From the sequence record NC_048048.2: 64,000 nt of DNA; one strand, 5' to 3'. Every line of letters starts with the position of its first letter. Position 1 is the first letter of the stretch. Below are positions 55,155 through 63,151 of this stretch, in pieces. The position numbers and the translations under genes are program-made. The notes under the pieces were generated by a model. The model was not told where the DNA came from. It made no database searches and saw nothing but the letters and a program-made list of their open reading frames with translations.

Positions 55155-55443
55155 GCATGGAATGGCGGCGGACAAGGCCGCCCAGGTTGCCTACGCCTAT
55201 ATGTCCAAGCTTTCCTCGGACATCCAGGCTGCGACCGCCCCCGACCCTCGCGACGACAACGGCCACCAACTGGCGCATCTGTCGGTCAAGGTCGCTGCGC
55301 TCCTGAAGCTGCCCACCCAGTTGATCGCGGGCGACCGGGCGCACATTGCCGCCGTCAAGCTCTACAACGCCATCCAGAGTGGCGACCAGGACGAAATCTT
55401 CGCGGTCCTGCGCGAGATCAAGCAAGCGTTCCCAACCCTCTGA
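55057..55443 (+). CDS. hypothetical protein
   Basis: Start MSQDHL. Confidence 0.6.
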   Translation: MSQDHLNLFSHRPILDHGEEPPLSEIIETYYAKHGMAADKAAQVAYAYMSKLSSDIQAATAPDPRDDNGHQLAHLSVKVAALLKLPTQLIAGDRAHIAAVKLYNAIQSGDQDEIFAVLREIKQAFPTL

Positions 55444-55462
55444 CCGTTAACCACAACGCGTG

Positions 55463-55513
55463 AGAACGCTGTTGACAACCTAAGATCATGCGCCTATATG
55501 CCGCATCCTTGAC
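55463..55513 (+). promoter_or_regulatory. class A promoter within stem-loop
   Basis: AGAACGCTGTTGACA-N16-CTATAT; ATGCG/CGCAT arms. Confidence 0.75.
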
Positions 55514-55540
55514 GCGGATGCTTTCATGGAGGCGCCAATC

Positions 55541-55663
55541 ATGTTACGACATATCTGGTGCGACATGTTCCACTGGCTCCGCTGGGAACTGATCGACGCC
55601 CCCGACAAGGCCAATCGCCGCTGGCGGTGCAAGGAGTGCGGTCACTTCCATCATGTCGACTAG
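55541..55663 (+). CDS. 40-aa Cys/His zinc-finger-like peptide
   Basis: Hand-translated MLRHIWCDMFHW...WRCKECGHFH; GGAGG RBS. Confidence 0.65.
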   Translation: MLRHIWCDMFHWLRWELIDAPDKANRRWRCKECGHFHHVD

Positions 55664-55859
55664 GCTTCCCCTGTCCTACCACGCCGACGTCTTGCTGCGC
55701 GAGATCGTGCTGAGCAACGGCCGGCATTGGGATAACCTCTCTCGCCAGCAGAAGCTGATGGTCCACGCCATGCGTCGGCGCGGGTATGTGATGTTCATTC
55801 ACGTCGCCGACGGCATATGGGTCGAGCCTTTGTACGAAGGCCGGAAGGCGGTGGCCTGA
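55653..55859 (+). CDS. small hypothetical protein
   Basis: 68 aa. Confidence 0.6.
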   Translation: MSTRLPLSYHADVLLREIVLSNGRHWDNLSRQQKLMVHAMRRRGYVMFIHVADGIWVEPLYEGRKAVA

Positions 55860-56071
55860 TGCCCTGGGACCGGATGGAGCGTCACAAGACCCGTAGCTGC
55901 ACCTCCAAGGTCCGCTATGGCTCCGAGGCCCTGGCTCGCGACGGCGCCCAGGACATGCTCAAGCGCACAGGCCGCAAGCGCGCCGGTGTCTATCCGTGCG
56001 AGTTCTGTGGCCTTTGGCACGTCTCCAGCGACGGCGTCGGGCGCTTCATCGTCCTGCGAGAAAACTGTTGA
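55859..56071 (+). CDS. Zn-ribbon small protein (paralog of 54605-54910)
   Basis: CTSKVRYGSEALA...VYPCEFCGLWH; ends inside promoter motif. Confidence 0.7.
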   Translation: MPWDRMERHKTRSCTSKVRYGSEALARDGAQDMLKRTGRKRAGVYPCEFCGLWHVSSDGVGRFIVLRENC

Positions 56072-56096
56072 CAAGACCCTCGTAAGGCCCGATAAC
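56059..56096 (+). promoter_or_regulatory. class A promoter within stem-loop
   Basis: AGAAAACTGTTGACA-N17-GATAAC. Confidence 0.8.
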
Positions 56097-56130
56097 GCGA
56101 GCCTCGACGACGAAGAAAGGCCCGCCGCCC

Positions 56131-58299
56131 ATGATGGAAGACAGCCCCCTTTGGAAAGCCATTGGTCTCTGGGAAGAGATCACCGGCGTGGCTGTGCCCA
56201 ATGCCGACGGCTCGTTCAAGGGCACGCTGGGCCAATACGACATTCGCCAGACCTACATCGAACTGCGCGAGACCCTGGAGCTTGATCCCACCGAGGTCAC
56301 GACGAACCTGATCTTCAATACGTTCGTCAAGCAGTGGATGGCCAAGCAGCAAAACAGCCTGCTCGACCTCTTCAACGACCCGGTCAAGTACGAGCAGATG
56401 CTGGAAAAGCCGCGTCTGCTGATGAGCATCCTCAACCGCCCCGAGATCATCGAGGCGCGCGATGCGTTCCTGGCGTCGTTGAACGAACTGACCGTCCGCT
56501 ACGGCGCCGATCAGCGCAGCGATCTCCAGAAGACCCTGGGTCAACACGACCTGCTCGCCTTCCTGCGCCGCGATGCGCTGCGGGCCTCGGCGCGTCTGCG
56601 CATCCACCAGTTCACCTCGGGCGCCCCCGAGGCCGCCGACTACAAGCCCGTCTTCGTCAAGACCGTCCACCAGTGGTGGAACATCAATTCGCTGCTCGAA
56701 GCGGCCCTTCGCATGCCGTCGGGCATCTCGCTGAACCTGATCCGCGCCCCGGACATGTATGAGTCGTTCTTCTGTTTTTGCATCCGCAACGGCGGCAACC
56801 TTTTCATTCTCACCGACGCGCCCGAAAACGCCCATCCGCTGCAAGGCCTGTTTCGTCGCAAGCCCGAGCGCGCCTATGAGGCCCGCGTCAGCAAGTCGTG
56901 GTTCCCCTACGACCTGATGAACCTGGAGTGGGACGAGGAGGCCGAGCAGTATTTCCAGGCCGAGTCCAAGGTCACCGCCGTGGCGACCTATCAAAACCAG
57001 CACCTGCCGCTGAAGCCGATCAACGAGCTTGATCCGCCCGAATTCCTGTGGTGCTCGATGATGCTCGACCTGATCGTCGAGAAGTTCTGGCGACAGAACT
57101 ACCAGCACCCGACCCTGTCCTACACCGGCGAGATGCTGGTCATCGAAAACCGTCTGGAGGCCAGTGCCGCGAGCGCCGGCCTGCCCGTGGCCGCCTACCA
57201 GCCGCTGAACCTGCCGGCCTTGACCGCAGCAGATATGAAGACCGACCTCCTGGACGAGGCCGCGATCGGCCGATCCTATCACAAGCCCAACCTGTGGCTG
57301 GAGGAGCGCTATGGCCACAAGGTCCAGGACGCGGCCCTCAACCTCGTCGCCAACGCCGACCAGTTGGTCCTGATGGACAAGGCCTCCGGCGAGATCACCA
57401 CCGAAGGTCGCGACTTCATCAAGAAGTACGAGGCCATCCCCTCGGTGTTCACCGATCAGAAGGCGCAGATGATGGCCGGCCGCGTCAAGATGGAGGTCAT
57501 CAACCCCACGCGGTTTGGCACGCGTGAGGAACTGGACAACGATCGCAAGTTCATCGCCCGCTACAATTACGCCACCGAGATCGGGCGCATGGCCAAGGAA
57601 GAGTTCCAGCAGCGCTCCGACGAAATCATCAAGTGGTGGGAAAAGGCCGTCCGCAAGAATCGCGACAACCTGCTGGCCTACGCCGCCGCCGAGAACGTCT
57701 GGGTCTGGTCGGACATGAAGGGCTCGGGCGACACCTTCGACCACATGCGCTCGGGCGCCGGCCCGCGCTACCGCGTCGACCTGGGCCAAGGTCGCGACAG
57801 CGACGGCTATTTTAACCGTCGCTACAAGGACGCCCACAAGTTCACCCACCGCGTGTCGATGGACGACTTCGACTACAGCACCCTGGGTTTCAAGTGGATC
57901 AACCTTGGCGACTATGAGCACAAGCGTCGCTATCTCTGCGCGATCAACGACACCAAGGCCTCGTTCATGCAGTGCTTCCATCCGACCAACGCCGCCGAAC
58001 TGGCGGTCCTGGCCGGCTGCGCGGTCGAGGAGCTTCCCGACGTGCTCCAGCACTGGACCCTGGCCGATCCCTACGACGGCAATCACCTCTTGAGCCGCAT
58101 CGACCCGCTCAACTGGCAGGTCAAGAACCCCTGGCTGAGCCTGAGCTTCCGGGTCGGCATCCCGCTGTCGGTTCGAGGCGCGGCCAAGATCGCGCCCTTG
58201 GCCCGCAAGCCGGCGATCCCTGACCTGATACCCGACGAACTGATCGTCGACGATCGTCCCTCCTTCCCGTCTCCTTTCAGGACCGATCCCGCCGCATGA
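56131..58299 (+). CDS. large hypothetical protein (722 aa)
   Basis: Longest ORF, strong GC3 bias, own promoter. Confidence 0.8.
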   Translation: MMEDSPLWKAIGLWEEITGVAVPNADGSFKGTLGQYDIRQTYIELRETLELDPTEVTTNLIFNTFVKQWMAKQQNSLLDLFNDPVKYEQMLEKPRLLMSILNRPEIIEARDAFLASLNELTVRYGADQRSDLQKTLGQHDLLAFLRRDALRASARLRIHQFTSGAPEAADYKPVFVKTVHQWWNINSLLEAALRMPSGISLNLIRAPDMYESFFCFCIRNGGNLFILTDAPENAHPLQGLFRRKPERAYEARVSKSWFPYDLMNLEWDEEAEQYFQAESKVTAVATYQNQHLPLKPINELDPPEFLWCSMMLDLIVEKFWRQNYQHPTLSYTGEMLVIENRLEASAASAGLPVAAYQPLNLPALTAADMKTDLLDEAAIGRSYHKPNLWLEERYGHKVQDAALNLVANADQLVLMDKASGEITTEGRDFIKKYEAIPSVFTDQKAQMMAGRVKMEVINPTRFGTREELDNDRKFIARYNYATEIGRMAKEEFQQRSDEIIKWWEKAVRKNRDNLLAYAAAENVWVWSDMKGSGDTFDHMRSGAGPRYRVDLGQGRDSDGYFNRRYKDAHKFTHRVSMDDFDYSTLGFKWINLGDYEHKRRYLCAINDTKASFMQCFHPTNAAELAVLAGCAVEELPDVLQHWTLADPYDGNHLLSRIDPLNWQVKNPWLSLSFRVGIPLSVRGAAKIAPLARKPAIPDLIPDELIVDDRPSFPSPFRTDPAA

Positions 58300-58706
58300 G
58301 CGACGAACTCGTCATCTATTCGATCATCAGCCAAGCCGCCCTAGACGCCATGAAGGGCAATCGAGGCAAGCTGAACGCCCAGGCTGGGCATGCCTACCTC
58401 CACGCATGGTGGGACGCCGACGAGCGCTTCCCCAAGGTCGCCAAGGCCTACCGCTATTCGGACGCCGCCGTGAAGGTGGCTCTCAGGATGGTCCAGGACC
58501 TGGATGTCGAGGACATCCAAGTCGCCGGCACGGCGGAAGACCTTTCGGCCCTGTACGACGTCTTCCACGGCGTCTGCGGCATCACCCTGGTCCGGGACGC
58601 CGCGCGGACCGTGTTCAAGAAGCCCACGATCACCTTCCTGGGTGTTGGGCCGATCACCAAGGCGCGGTTCAACGAACTGGCGCCGGGCTTGCGTCCGCTT
58701 CTGTAG
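58296..58706 (+). CDS. peptidyl-tRNA hydrolase type 2 (Pth2)
   Basis: GKLNAQAGHA, VKVAL, LVRDAARTVF..PTITFLGVGP. Confidence 0.85.
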   Translation: MSDELVIYSIISQAALDAMKGNRGKLNAQAGHAYLHAWWDADERFPKVAKAYRYSDAAVKVALRMVQDLDVEDIQVAGTAEDLSALYDVFHGVCGITLVRDAARTVFKKPTITFLGVGPITKARFNELAPGLRPLL

Positions 58707-58715
58707 CGGTGTGCG

Positions 58716-58764
58716 AGAAAACTGTTGACAGCTTTCTGGGAACATCCTAGAAGACTGTCAACAG
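58716..58764 (+). promoter_or_regulatory. class A promoter within 43-nt stem-loop
   Basis: CTGTTGACAG/CTGTCAACAG plus TTCTGGGA/TCCTAGAA. Confidence 0.85.
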
Positions 58765-58783
58765 CCGCCGCAAGGAGACAGCC

Positions 58784-59185
58784 ATGACCGCCCCGACCGT
58801 GACCCGCAACCTGATCGTCGTCGACAAGGACGTGGTCAATCCGAACCACGATCGCCGCGTCAAGCATGGCGAGGACAGTCTGGCCAAGCTCACCGTCGGC
58901 GAACGCCTCGTCGTTACCACGGCCGACTATGGCACCCACAAGGAAGTCAGCCTGCGCCGCATCGGCGCCAACACCAGCCTCTGGAAGCGCGCCTTCGTCG
59001 AGGCGATCCTGGCCAATGCCTCGCCGGCCGAGCCGGTGAGCTTCGTCGAATGGGCGGCGCTGACCGGCGACGAGGGCGAGGGCATCAACCGCCGCATGCT
59101 GGAAATCCTTTTCCAGACCAAGCCCGACATCGTCAAGAAGGCCCACGCTTCGGCCGTGGCGCGCTATGACGAGTTCGAGGACTGA
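58784..59185 (+). CDS. hypothetical protein
   Basis: 133 aa, AAGGAG RBS. Confidence 0.7.
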   Translation: MTAPTVTRNLIVVDKDVVNPNHDRRVKHGEDSLAKLTVGERLVVTTADYGTHKEVSLRRIGANTSLWKRAFVEAILANASPAEPVSFVEWAALTGDEGEGINRRMLEILFQTKPDIVKKAHASAVARYDEFED

Positions 59186-59187
59186 TC

Positions 59188-59541
59188 ATGAAACAACGGA
59201 GGATCAAGGATCGCTACGGCGATAGCCGCCGCGCGCCCATGACGATCAACGACGCCATCGTGGTCATCCTGGAGCACATGCAGTCCTCGGTCGCGAGCAT
59301 GGCTCGCATGCCCGAGTACCAGAACCCCCGCAATCCCAACCGCCTGCCCGAGAAGTCGCTATCGTCTTCCAAGGTCCACCCGGCCCGCTATTGGCAGGCC
59401 GCCGCGCGCCTGATCAAGGAAGGCGCCGTGGTCGCCACTTGTGGCAGCCCCGACGTCCGCGACGACTTCAATAACCCGCTGTTCATGGTCGCTGGGCCAA
59501 ACTACGACAAGGCCATCCGCACCTACCTGGGAGACGTCTGA
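59188..59541 (+). CDS. hypothetical protein
   Basis: 117 aa. Confidence 0.65.
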   Translation: MKQRRIKDRYGDSRRAPMTINDAIVVILEHMQSSVASMARMPEYQNPRNPNRLPEKSLSSSKVHPARYWQAAARLIKEGAVVATCGSPDVRDDFNNPLFMVAGPNYDKAIRTYLGDV

Positions 59542-59660
59542 TGGGCGGGCAGTTCTGGGTCGGGATTGCGGTCTGGTCTGGCGGTCTGGTTTGGGTCCTG
59601 TCCGTGATTCGACATCTGAGGTACCGGGCGCTGGAAAAGCGCCTACAAGAAAACTGTTGA
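59541..59660 (+). CDS. 39-aa single-pass membrane peptide
   Basis: TGATG start MGGQFWVGIAVWSGGLVWVLSVIRHLRYRALEKRLQENC; stop in promoter TTGA. Confidence 0.5.
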   Translation: MGGQFWVGIAVWSGGLVWVLSVIRHLRYRALEKRLQENC

Positions 59661-59685
59661 CTCACGGCTCTCGTCGGTCTAGGTA
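59648..59685 (+). promoter_or_regulatory. class A promoter
   Basis: AGAAAACTGTTGACT-N16-CTAGGT. Confidence 0.8.
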
Positions 59686-59710
59686 AGGGCTACGCAACGA
59701 GGAGGCCCTG

Positions 59711-60757
59711 ATGACGAAGCAACGGTTCGAGGTCCTGGACGCCCTGCGCGGCGTCGCCGCCGTACTGGTGATGCTCTATCACGTGGGCAACACCTTCTCG
59801 GCCGAGGCCGGCATTGACCATCTGGCGATCTTCGCCAAGCATGGCTGGGTGGCGGTCGACTTCTTCTTCATGCTGAGTGGCTTCATCATCGCCCATGCCT
59901 ACGACGCAAAGCTGGCGGCAGGGCTGGGCGTCACTTCGTTCATGCGAGCACGCATCAAGCGACTCTATCCCCTGTACTTGGTTGGAGCGCTCCTGGGAGC
60001 GATCGCGACAGTCTCGCTGACCATGGCCAAGGGCCAGCCCGTCGGTCCTGCCGAGGTGGTCCTGGTCCTGACCACCACGCTGCTATTCTGCCCCATCCTG
60101 CATGCCGCGCCCGCCTTCATTTTCAACGTCCCGGCTTGGTCCCTGTTCTTCGAGATCGTCGCCAATCTCGCCTATGCCGCCGGTTTCAAGTGGTCGTCCA
60201 AGCGCGCCCTGCTGCTCGCCTCACTGCTGGGGTTGGTCGGGCTCTGCGCCAGCCACCTTGCCTACGGTACGCTGGACGTGGGCTGGGCCGGCAACAATTT
60301 CATGGGTGGACTGGCGCGCATCACCTTTGCCTTCCCCCTAGGCGCACTGCTTTATCGCCTGCACGTTGAAGGCCGCTTCTCCTGGGTACCGCGCGTCAGC
60401 CCGGCCACGCTGATCGCCCTGCTGGTGGTGTTGACCTGCCTGCCGGCGCCGCGCGATACCCTGATCGATCTGCCGATCATCGCCGTGATCTTCCCCTTGT
60501 TCCTGATCGTCGCGGCCCAGGCGCGTTTCGCCAAGCCAGCTAAACTGCTTCTGCAAGGCGGCGACCTCTCCTACGCGCTCTATGCGACCCACACGCCGGT
60601 TCTCGTCCTGGTGTCAGCAGTGCAGTTCGCCACGCATGCCTCGCCCCTGATGCTGCTCGCCGCAGCACCCCTGGCCATCCTTCTAGCGATGGTCGCCCAG
60701 CGTCTGACGACTCAATCGCACAAGAAAGCTGTTGACACCCATCTGGTGGTGGCCTAA
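59711..60757 (+). CDS. acyltransferase-3 family (OafA/YrhL-like) membrane O-acyltransferase
   Basis: LDALRGVAAVLVMLYH, AVDFFFMLSGF, RIKRLYP, WSLFFE, GDLSYALYATH; about 10 TM helices. Confidence 0.9.
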   Translation: MTKQRFEVLDALRGVAAVLVMLYHVGNTFSAEAGIDHLAIFAKHGWVAVDFFFMLSGFIIAHAYDAKLAAGLGVTSFMRARIKRLYPLYLVGALLGAIATVSLTMAKGQPVGPAEVVLVLTTTLLFCPILHAAPAFIFNVPAWSLFFEIVANLAYAAGFKWSSKRALLLASLLGLVGLCASHLAYGTLDVGWAGNNFMGGLARITFAFPLGALLYRLHVEGRFSWVPRVSPATLIALLVVLTCLPAPRDTLIDLPIIAVIFPLFLIVAAQARFAKPAKLLLQGGDLSYALYATHTPVLVLVSAVQFATHASPLMLLAAAPLAILLAMVAQRLTTQSHKKAVDTHLVVA

Positions 60758-60770
60758 GACTAGGCCATCA
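60723..60770 (+). promoter_or_regulatory. class A promoter within stem-loop
   Basis: AGAAAGCTGTTGACA-N16-CTAAGA; TGGTGGCCTA/TAGGCCATCA arms. Confidence 0.8.
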
Positions 60771-60792
60771 ACCGCGAAGGGAGCCCCAGCGC

Positions 60793-61308
60793 ATGCCGAA
60801 GAAAATCCACACCGTGACTTTCGCCGATGGCGCGACCGCCACCCGCGAGTCCGAGAATCGGACCTACAGCCACGTGGTGGTCGGCAAGCACGACAAGCGG
60901 GTCGATATCGACTACGCCCGCAAGCGCGCCCGTAGCGATCGCAGCAACTACGACTACTACAAGAACATGGCCAACGCCCAGCCGGGCGTCCCCTCGACCT
61001 ACACCTCGCACTCGGACGACCGTCCCTTCACCTTCACCTATACCGCCGCTGAGATCGCCAAAGGCCAGGAAGAAATCGCCGGCCGCGACCCCGAAACCTA
61101 CTGCAAGGACAAGCTGGCCGAGCGTCTCGACGAGATCGAGAAGAAGGCGGCCGAGGGCTATTACGACCGCTGGAACGCCCTGACCTGGGCCTCCCGCGCC
61201 GATCTGGCGGCCAAGCAGGTGAACAACTGGTCCAAGACCTTCACCGAGGTCACCATCCTGCCGGTCGAGCACCGCGAGGCCGCCCCGCGCAAGAAGAAGG
61301 AGGCCTAG
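60793..61308 (+). CDS. hypothetical protein
   Basis: 171 aa, GGGAG RBS. Confidence 0.75.
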   Translation: MPKKIHTVTFADGATATRESENRTYSHVVVGKHDKRVDIDYARKRARSDRSNYDYYKNMANAQPGVPSTYTSHSDDRPFTFTYTAAEIAKGQEEIAGRDPETYCKDKLAERLDEIEKKAAEGYYDRWNALTWASRADLAAKQVNNWSKTFTEVTILPVEHREAAPRKKKEA

Positions 61309-61311
61309 CCC

Positions 61312-61512
61312 ATGGCCGAGCCCTATCTGGCCCCACTGAACGAAGAAAACCTCGCCCTGGTCGTCAAGGCCCTGGAGCGCTACGGCATGGACTGCCGCGC
61401 CGAGGTCTTCAACGAAAGCCTGTCCCTGGCTGACCGAGCCGCCGCCAGCGCCAGGGCCGACAAGGCCCGCGACCTGCGCATGGACCTCATGAACCGCACG
61501 GTGACGCCCTGA
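61312..61512 (+). CDS. small hypothetical protein
   Basis: 66 aa, AGGAGG RBS. Confidence 0.65.
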   Translation: MAEPYLAPLNEENLALVVKALERYGMDCRAEVFNESLSLADRAAASARADKARDLRMDLMNRTVTP

Positions 61513-61736
61513 TGGCCTGGACCTGGGAAGCCCGCAACTCCAAGACCAAGGAGGCCCTGTCGGGCACCGCCGCCACCCAAGGCGAGGCCCGCCAGATGGC
61601 CGAGCAGGGCAAGGACCGGCTGGGCTTCAAGAACACCGGGGCCTATGTCACCTCGCCCAAAGGCGTGGTCTGGCACTACGGCCTGCGTAACGACAACCGT
61701 TCCGGCTCCGTCTGGCGCCGCCTGGACAAGGACTGA
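61512..61736 (+). CDS. small hypothetical protein
   Basis: 74 aa, TGATG. Confidence 0.65.
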   Translation: MAWTWEARNSKTKEALSGTAATQGEARQMAEQGKDRLGFKNTGAYVTSPKGVVWHYGLRNDNRSGSVWRRLDKD

Positions 61737-61739
61737 CCC

Positions 61740-61931
61740 ATGACCTTCGAACTGATCCTTCGGGCCATCGCCGTGACGCTCGCCTTCCAGCAGGTCGTCT
61801 CGGGCTTTGGCGCTACGGTCGAGCGCACCGAGACTGGCTACGTGATCGGGGCGACCTACGCCTGGGCCAACCTCTTCTTCGCCGGCGCCTTGGTCGCCTT
61901 CGCCGTCTACGGCTTCAGCCTCTTCCGCTAG
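61740..61931 (+). CDS. small membrane protein
   Basis: 63 aa hydrophobic. Confidence 0.65.
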   Translation: MTFELILRAIAVTLAFQQVVSGFGATVERTETGYVIGATYAWANLFFAGALVAFAVYGFSLFR

Positions 61932-61941
61932 GAGAAACAGC

Positions 61942-62121
61942 ATGGCTCGCCGAGCCCCCTTCGACTTCGTCCAGCGCACCGCCCTGGCCCGCACCTACCT
62001 CGACGATGGCGCGCCGTTCTCGGCCGCGCGCATCCTCGAAGAACTGGCCAAGGACATTCGCGAGGCCGGCGAGGAGCGTAACCGCGCTCTGGAAGCGGCC
62101 CTGGAGGGCAAGACCAAATGA
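61942..62121 (+). CDS. small hypothetical protein (59 aa)
   Basis: Hand-translated MARRAPFDFVQRTALAR...; AGGAGA RBS; ATGA coupling to next gene. Confidence 0.65.
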   Translation: MARRAPFDFVQRTALARTYLDDGAPFSAARILEELAKDIREAGEERNRALEAALEGKTK

Positions 62122-62471
62122 TCCATCCTCCCGGCTTGATCCAGGCCGTGCGCGGCCTGAAGGGCACCTTCCTCGCCGAGGGCGGCGGCCGATTGGCGAC
62201 CCCCGACGACACCGTCGCGGCGATCGACAGCGTCTGTCGCTACATCGAGGCGACGCTGCCGCTGGGCCTGTCCGCCGCGATCGGCTACCAGATCGTCCAG
62301 AACGGTAAGACCATCCAGGTCAACGACGCCACCTGGGAGCAACTGGCCCAGGCCGTCGTCGAACTGCTCGACTTCCTGGAGCACGCCGACAATCTCACCG
62401 AGCACCTGACCAGGGCCGTGAACGCCGCCCGCGATGGTAAGGAGCTTCCGATCCTGATCGAGGCTGGCTGA
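62118..62471 (+). CDS. hypothetical protein
   Basis: 117 aa. Confidence 0.7.
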   Translation: MIHPPGLIQAVRGLKGTFLAEGGGRLATPDDTVAAIDSVCRYIEATLPLGLSAAIGYQIVQNGKTIQVNDATWEQLAQAVVELLDFLEHADNLTEHLTRAVNAARDGKELPILIEAG

Positions 62472-62686
62472 TGGCCCTGCGTCTTCGCAAGACCAAGCCG
62501 ACCCTCTGGAACGGCAACGGCTTTGGCACGTCCGCCGCCGAGTGGACGCTGGCCGACTATCCAGGCTGGTCGATCTATAAGAGCGCCGGCGACTGGTACG
62601 CTCGGAAGGGCGACCTGGAGGTCTATGCCTTCCACCGCAAGGACCTCCTGGCCAAGCTCGAACCCATCGTCAAGGCAACCGCATGA
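62471..62686 (+). CDS. small hypothetical protein
   Basis: 71 aa. Confidence 0.7.
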   Translation: MALRLRKTKPTLWNGNGFGTSAAEWTLADYPGWSIYKSAGDWYARKGDLEVYAFHRKDLLAKLEPIVKATA

Positions 62687-62976
62687 ACTACCTCCAGCAC
62701 CCAGTTCGCTTCATGGGCCAGCCGATCGGTAAGACCGCCACCTCCAAGCTCCAGGCCGCCCTGGCGGTCCTGACGTGGCTCAAGCCTGGGCAGGTCCCGG
62801 CCGAATACTGCCCGGTCGAGCGTAAGGTCCGGTCCAAGGGTCTGGACGCCGGCAAGGTCAGCAACATCCACCTCTACCCCACCATCGGCAGGCTGGTGAA
62901 GAACACCGCCTATGATGGCCAGGGCTTCAATGTCGGGATCGGCCTGCCGGATCGGCGCCTCAGTCGCAAATCCTAG
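62683..62976 (+). CDS. hypothetical protein
   Basis: 97 aa. Confidence 0.65.
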   Translation: MNYLQHPVRFMGQPIGKTATSKLQAALAVLTWLKPGQVPAEYCPVERKVRSKGLDAGKVSNIHLYPTIGRLVKNTAYDGQGFNVGIGLPDRRLSRKS

Positions 62977-62987
62977 CTCGTGACGTG

Positions 62988-63018
62988 AAAAAGGCCCGGA
63001 GTCACCTCCGGGCCTTTT
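62988..63018. terminator. bidirectional rho-independent terminator
   Basis: AAAAAGGCCCGGAG-TCAC-CTCCGGGCCTTTT between convergent units. Confidence 0.85.
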
Positions 63019-63072
63019 GCATGATGTATCAGTCATATTGGGCGAATGTGCATGATATGTCATGCAAAAAGG

Positions 63073-63150
63073 TGGCGGCCCCGGCGGGAATCGAACCCGC
63101 GACCTCTGCTTTCGGAAAACAGCGCTCTTGTTCCGCTGAGCTACGGGGCC
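63073..63150 (-). tRNA. tRNA-Arg(CCG)
   Basis: Cloverleaf GGCCCCG...CGGGGCC-G-CCA; anticodon loop TTCCGAA; T-loop TTCGATT. Confidence 0.92.
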
Positions 63151-63151
63151 A

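Noticed and set aside
55510-55526. TGACGCGGATGCTTTCA as a class B operator (also 18235-18251)
   Set aside because: Right half too degenerate; better explained as part of the class A promoter hairpin
497-60770. Promoter hairpins as integron attC sites
   Set aside because: Arms read GTT...AAC, the opposite order to attC (RYYYAAC...GTTRRRY); no integrase in the window; spacing fits -35/-10 promoters
497-60770. Repeated AGAAAACTGTTGACA as a CRISPR array
   Set aside because: Copies are kilobases apart, separated by whole genes, and not regularly spaced
6144-62700. Many long minus-strand ORFs in the track (e.g. 55990-58086 698 aa, 41513-42844, 36991-37905, 32023-32934, 13040-13885)
   Set aside because: They are antisense shadows of GC3-biased plus-strand genes, with no RBS or promoter and no recognisable motifs
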